Shown: positions 59,193 to 64,000 of the stretch, piece after piece | Numbering within the stretch: position 1 is the first letter of the stretch | Layout: the number at the start of each line of letters is the position of its first letter | Assembly: GCA_977018835.1 (NCBI GenBank) | Contig: OZ361261.1 | Span: 1,488,001-1,552,000 of the forward strand | From: Minutocellus sp. GHC0000111 | Lineage: Eukaryota | DNA length: 64,000 nt | Reading direction: 5' to 3' | Translations under genes and position numbers: made by a program | Notes under the pieces: generated by a model | What the model was told of the DNA's origin: nothing | Databases searched by the model: none | What the model saw: only the letters and a program-made list of their open reading frames with translations

Positions 59193-62100
59193 ATGGCACC
59201 ACGCAAGAGTATAGGACGGAGACTTAGTGCTATCATCACGTCTCCTCTCACGTCAAGAAGTGTTGCCAAGCCTCCTTGGTCGTCGGATGAAGGCGATGGT
59301 GGTAGTAGGAGTAGCAGCAGGATCGACGACGACGGTGGGTATGCTACTAGTAGGCAAAGCGCAACGAAGACTGCCCGGTCGTCAAATTCCAAGCCATCCA
59401 TGATTTCAATGAGCAAGGCTAGTAGCAGCAAGCCGTCCAACAAGAGAAGAGGCAAAAAGGTGAAGAAGGGGACGTCGAGACGAGGAAGAGGAAGGCGTGG
59501 TCGCCACCACTTTTCTTCGGAGTCTGCGTCGTACTACTCTGACGAAGCCTCCCTATCGCCGCTTAGCGATGTTGACGAGAGCGATTCCTATTATTCCAAG
59601 ACTTCCCACACTCCTTCTACGAGTATTTCATCGGATCATCGCCACCGCCACCGATGGAGAAGACGGCGGCATCACCAACAGCAGCATTACCACCATAGCA
59701 GTAGCCAAAGGCATAAATCTTCACCAGTTGATAAAGATGACTTTTTGACCAGGGAGGAGCTTCATCACCTTCCGGCCAAGAAATTGCGGAAACGCTGTCG
59801 CCGTGCTGGTATCGATGCAAGTCGAATGGTGGACAAGGCGGACATGGTGCGAGCTCTCCATGATTACTACCGCCGTCAATCCAATTCACGTCATGGTGGT
59901 ACTGATACTGCGGCTATTCCAACAAACATTGTCGAGCTTGACAAACCAACGAGTCAAATGGTTGAAATCTTGCATGAAATCGTACCCTTCTACGGGCAGG
60001 GCGATGATAAGTCCGATGCCGTCGTCCGGGATACCATTCAAAGGCTGCCACAGCACGCCTTGGACTATCCCGACGCCGAATCAGGCAGTACGACCCTCAT
60101 CTTTGCATGCCAGTGCGGTGCAGAGGACCTGGTAGAGATCTTGATTTCCAAGGGATGCGGTGTAAATGCTCGAAACTCCAACGGCGTCGCTCCTTTGCAC
60201 TGTGCATGTTACAGCGATTCCTTGTCCCCGGCGATCGCCAAGCTCCTCGTGGACAATGGCGCTGTTGCGGAGATAATCGAGGATCAATTCGGTTGTTCGC
60301 CGCTGCATTGGGCGGGCTATTCGGGCAACATTGAGCTTTGTAGCCTCCTCTGTCGTGCCGGGGCCAACCCAAGGACAGTCGATAATACCGGTTGCGACCC
60401 GATTGCGTACGCCGAACAGTCCGGCAATGATGAGTGTGTCCAGTATTTGACATCGTTGGCAGAATGCAACGCTAATGCCTCGATGACCACACCGACGCGT
60501 GCTTCGTCGAAAAGTGGTGATGCAGCAGCGGCAGTAGTACTTTCGACGACAGCCAGCAAGGCAAGAAAGTTGGCGGAGGTATCGGCCTCTCTCCCCCGAG
60601 TCCAAGAAATGCCCGCTGCCCACGACGAAGAAGCTTCTACGTCCAAAGTGGTACATGTAGCGTCCAGGAAGCCTCCATCTTCTGTCGAGGTACCGGTCTC
60701 GGATAGCCTCGCTGCTGCCGTCGGTGTCCTCTCGCCTCTACCTGTTGATAGTAGTGCTAGGCCCAGAAATGATTCGTCCAAACCAGCGGCGCCTACCTCC
60801 ACAACCCTTACAAACGATACTTTCGAAGAGCGATTATCGGCGCTTCAAAGCAAAATGGAAGAGCAGTTCAGTCAACAACTCAACAAAATTGAGGGGCGGC
60901 TTACCGAGCAACAGATCCAGCAGCAGGCTGGGCAGTGGACAGCATCTGCCAACGGCGGAACCGAAAGTGGTATCGCAGCCAACGAAAGCCAGTCCCTCGC
61001 TGAAATGACCTCGAAAATTGTGCAGTTGCAGGCTGATATTGGCAGTAAAGATATCGAGATTGTATCATTGAAGCGTGACATTTCGACCCTGGAGGCCAAG
61101 TTGACTAAGCTGGAAAGCAAGGGTGGAAGGCCCTCGACCTCGTCAAAACGGATGACGCGAGATGCTGGCGTGGGTGAATGCAGCGTGTTGGATGGATCGA
61201 GCGGCAACTCAATACCTCACATCGGTACTGACACTGACTCAAAGACAAAAAAGGGCATCGAAAGTGATCTCGACGCCAAGTCCAAGGAGCTCGCATGCCT
61301 TCAGGAGCAGATGGCAGACCTCGAGACTCAGCTGGGCTCGGCCAAGCAGGAAATCATTGCGGCTCAAGACAAACAAGCCCTGGCGGAACGTCTCATGGCT
61401 GGGAGTGAAGAACAATTGGCCAAGGAACGAGTCGCCAAGGACGATATCCTTCGTTTATTGGAACAAACCAAACAAGGAGCGCAGGTCGGAGAAGAAATAT
61501 CACGCTCCATCAAGGAGGAGAGCGCAAAAGACAAGGAAACCATTGCTCGGCTTGAGCTCGACCTCAAGAGTTTGGAGATTGTCAAGACGGATGAGATTGC
61601 TGTTTTGCAGAGCCAAATCGACCACAAGGAGCAAAAGCTGATTGCCGATGGAAAGAAGATTTCTCTCATGATGGGAGAAATGGACGATATGCGCCAGGCT
61701 GTGGCCAGTAAACGAGAAAAGCTTGAAGTTACCAAACAAGAACACTCGAAGGAGCTTGATCGGTTACGGGCTAGCAATGAAGATGAGTTCACTGCACTCG
61801 AAGAACGTTTGGACAAGGCACACGGAGAGGAGAAGGATAATCTGCAACATCAGCTCAACGAGGAACGATTGTCAAGAATGGAAAAGGAAGTGGAACGAAA
61901 TGATGCCGTCGAGGCCAAGGAAAATGCCATCCGACGATGCACCGCTTTGGAGAACAAGCTGCGAGAAATGCACGAACTCATCACCGAGGCCAAGGTACTG
62001 ACGGGCGTCAACGAACGATTGCATCGAGCCCTTCACGCCGAGGCCGAAAGACGAAAGGTTCTACACAACAAGCTCGAAGACCTCAAGGGACGAATCCGGG

Positions 62101-63444
62101 TCTACGTTCGTATACGTCCCCTGAGCTCCACCGAGATGGATCGCCAATGCCAAACAATATTGTGCAAGGAAGACAAGAGGACATGCGTCATGTCTGTCGA
62201 CCCCAACAAGGCTGGTGGTGGCGCGACAGATCCCAAGAGCTGGGAATTCGACCAAATCTTTTGTGGCTCCTCCGACGACGGCAACTCCCAAGACGTCTTT
62301 CGCGATACCAGCCTCCTCGTAACTTCGGCCGTCGATGGTTTCAATGTCTGCATCTTTGCCTACGGCCAGACTGGCAGCGGAAAAACCTATACAATGTTTG
62401 TGAGTTTATTGGTATTGAGTGGTATCGGCATGGCATTGCAGGGAGTGGTCTTTTGTGCTTGATTTCAATCATTCGTCATTCCCCTCTCTCACACTCCCTC
62501 AATTCTTCATCTCCTACTCACCAACTCCCAACTATACTACACAGGGACCGGGCGCCATTGGCAGTGAAATGAGAGAGGACGGTACCCTCGACGGAGACTG
62601 CGGTCTTGCACCAAGAGCGGCCGAAGAATTGTTCCGTGTCCTTGGCGAACGGGAGGCAAGCCAGCACATTGATGTCCAAGTATCCATGTTTGAGCTGTAC
62701 AATGACTCGATACGCGATCTGCTCATGTCCTGTAGAGACCTGGAAGACGAAGAGTTTGCTCCACCACCACTGAAGATCAAGCTTGCCAAGCATAGCGAGA
62801 CCGGCATGGTGAAGGTCGATGGGGCCGTTACAGCAAACGCCACCGATGCGGCAGAACTTTTGTCGCTGTTTGCTCGAGGATCGCAGTTCCGCACCACCGC
62901 CAGTACCAACATGAACGCCGATTCCAGTCGAAGCCATTTGATTGCGTCGATCGTAACTACCCTCACCAACAAGAGGACCGGCCGTAAGGTTCGAGGCAAG
63001 CTAACACTCGTCGATCTGGCCGGCTGCGAGCGCGTATCAAAGAGTGGAGCCACCGGACAGCAACTCAAGGAGGCTCAGAGCATCAACAAGTCCCTTTCTG
63101 CCCTGGGCGATGTTATCAGCGCACTGACCTCTGGTAGCAGTCATGTGCCGTACCGCAACCATCCGCTCACGATGCTAATGTCCGATTCTCTCGGAGGATC
63201 TGCCAAAACTCTCATGTTCGTGTGCGCTTCTCCTGCCGACTACAATCGAGGGGAATCATCCAATGCCCTCGATTTTGCTCGACGCTGCAAGAACGTGACG
63301 AATAATGTCAATGCATCCGGAGCGGCTGGTGACCAGGCCGCTCAAATTAGGGCATTACGGAACGAATTGAGTCGAATGAAGAAGGACAAGGTAGGCAGTG
63401 CTCGACGTGTGGGTGCATCGGCAAGGAGGCCTGGATTCAGCTGA
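59193..63444 (+). CDS. Kinesin-14 (C-terminal motor) with ankyrin repeats and a long coiled coil; intron 62400-62544
   Basis: Ankyrin repeats (TTLIFAC, APLHCAC, SPLHWAG); neck RRKVLHNKLEDLKGRIRVYVRIRP; P-loop YGQTGSGKTYTM; NADSSRSH; LVDLAGCER; HVPYRN. Confidence 0.92.
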
Positions 63445-63503
63445 TAATCGGCAAGCTGAATTCATTATAGAAAATTTATGTAGATACTCGTTATTGCTCT
63501 ATG

Positions 63504-64000
63504 CTACCTCTGTTGCAGAAATCGCTCGGGTATTCTTTCATGCCGCTGACCTCCGGCATCATCGACGATGGTGTAAACGTACAAATTATCTTGACTTGGA
63601 TATATTCCCACTTCTAGCACGCGCCCCAAAATGTCACTTTTGCCTGAGGAGGGGCGGTAAGTCACCGTAGACTGTGGTGGGTACTTAGCAGTTGTTGCTT
63701 GATATGGCGGCAACACAATGAGATCATTTGTGAGAGGGACCGTGTCCGAGATGAATGATTTGTTTGTTGTTTCATCCTCTACAGCTGGTGTAGGATTTCC
63801 CCCGGGGTCTGAAGCTGCCCACTTGATTTCTGAAGAAGAAATTATTGACAAGTCAAATTTCCCTTTGCTTATTGGATATGAAAGCCGCTTTGAGAGCTGC
63901 GCCGGTGTTCGATCCAATGAGTGAGTCTCTTTCACCCTGCGCCAAAGTCCATTTCGTAGCTTTCCATGATCACGCAATTCTTTTGCTGCTTCTTTGATAA
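63504..64000 (-). CDS. 3' end of a hypothetical protein running off the window
   Basis: Open frame from the window edge to the stop at 63504; no family recognised. Confidence 0.5.
   Translation of the reverse strand, partial: IKEAAKELRDHGKLRNGLWRRVKETHSLDRTPAQLSKRLSYPISKGKFDLSIISSSEIKWAASDPGGNPTPAVEDETTNKSFISDTVPLTNDLIVLPPYQATTAKYPPQSTVTYRPSSGKSDILGRVLEVGIYPSQDNLYVYTIVDDAGGQRHERIPERFLQQR

Noticed and set aside
1..64000. tRNA or rRNA genes
   Set aside because: The GGTTCGA T-loop-like words I found fall inside coding exons without cloverleaf context, and no rRNA-like sequence was seen.

Overview
Gene-dense eukaryotic nuclear DNA with short GT-AG introns, most likely a diatom or other stramenopile. 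It holds about 25 protein-coding loci: a COMT-like methyltransferase, TraB-family protein, TRM6, MYND finger, PHD-PWWP reader, HEATR6-like protein, TOR kinase (3 exons, ~3,400 aa), SMC4, double CW-finger protein, ATG101, bromodomain protein, NOC2, VDAC, selenoprotein H fragment, 6TM K+ channel, ABCC transporter, PITH protein, tubulin cofactor C and an ankyrin-repeat kinesin-14. The ORF track misses four notable things. (1) A 1.5-kb non-autonomous DNA transposon (25-bp TIRs, TCTA target duplication, internal 24-bp perfect hairpin) lies upstream of TOR. (2) A SelH gene with an in-frame CxxU UGA codon breaks off into unrelated coding-like sequence. (3) A 7-bp tandem duplication frameshifts the ABCC gene. 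(4) An in-frame TGA interrupts the HEATR6-like gene. Several single-base homopolymer frameshifts suggest long-read consensus errors. I could not support any tRNA, rRNA or CRISPR array. All family calls rest on motif recognition by eye, not database searches.
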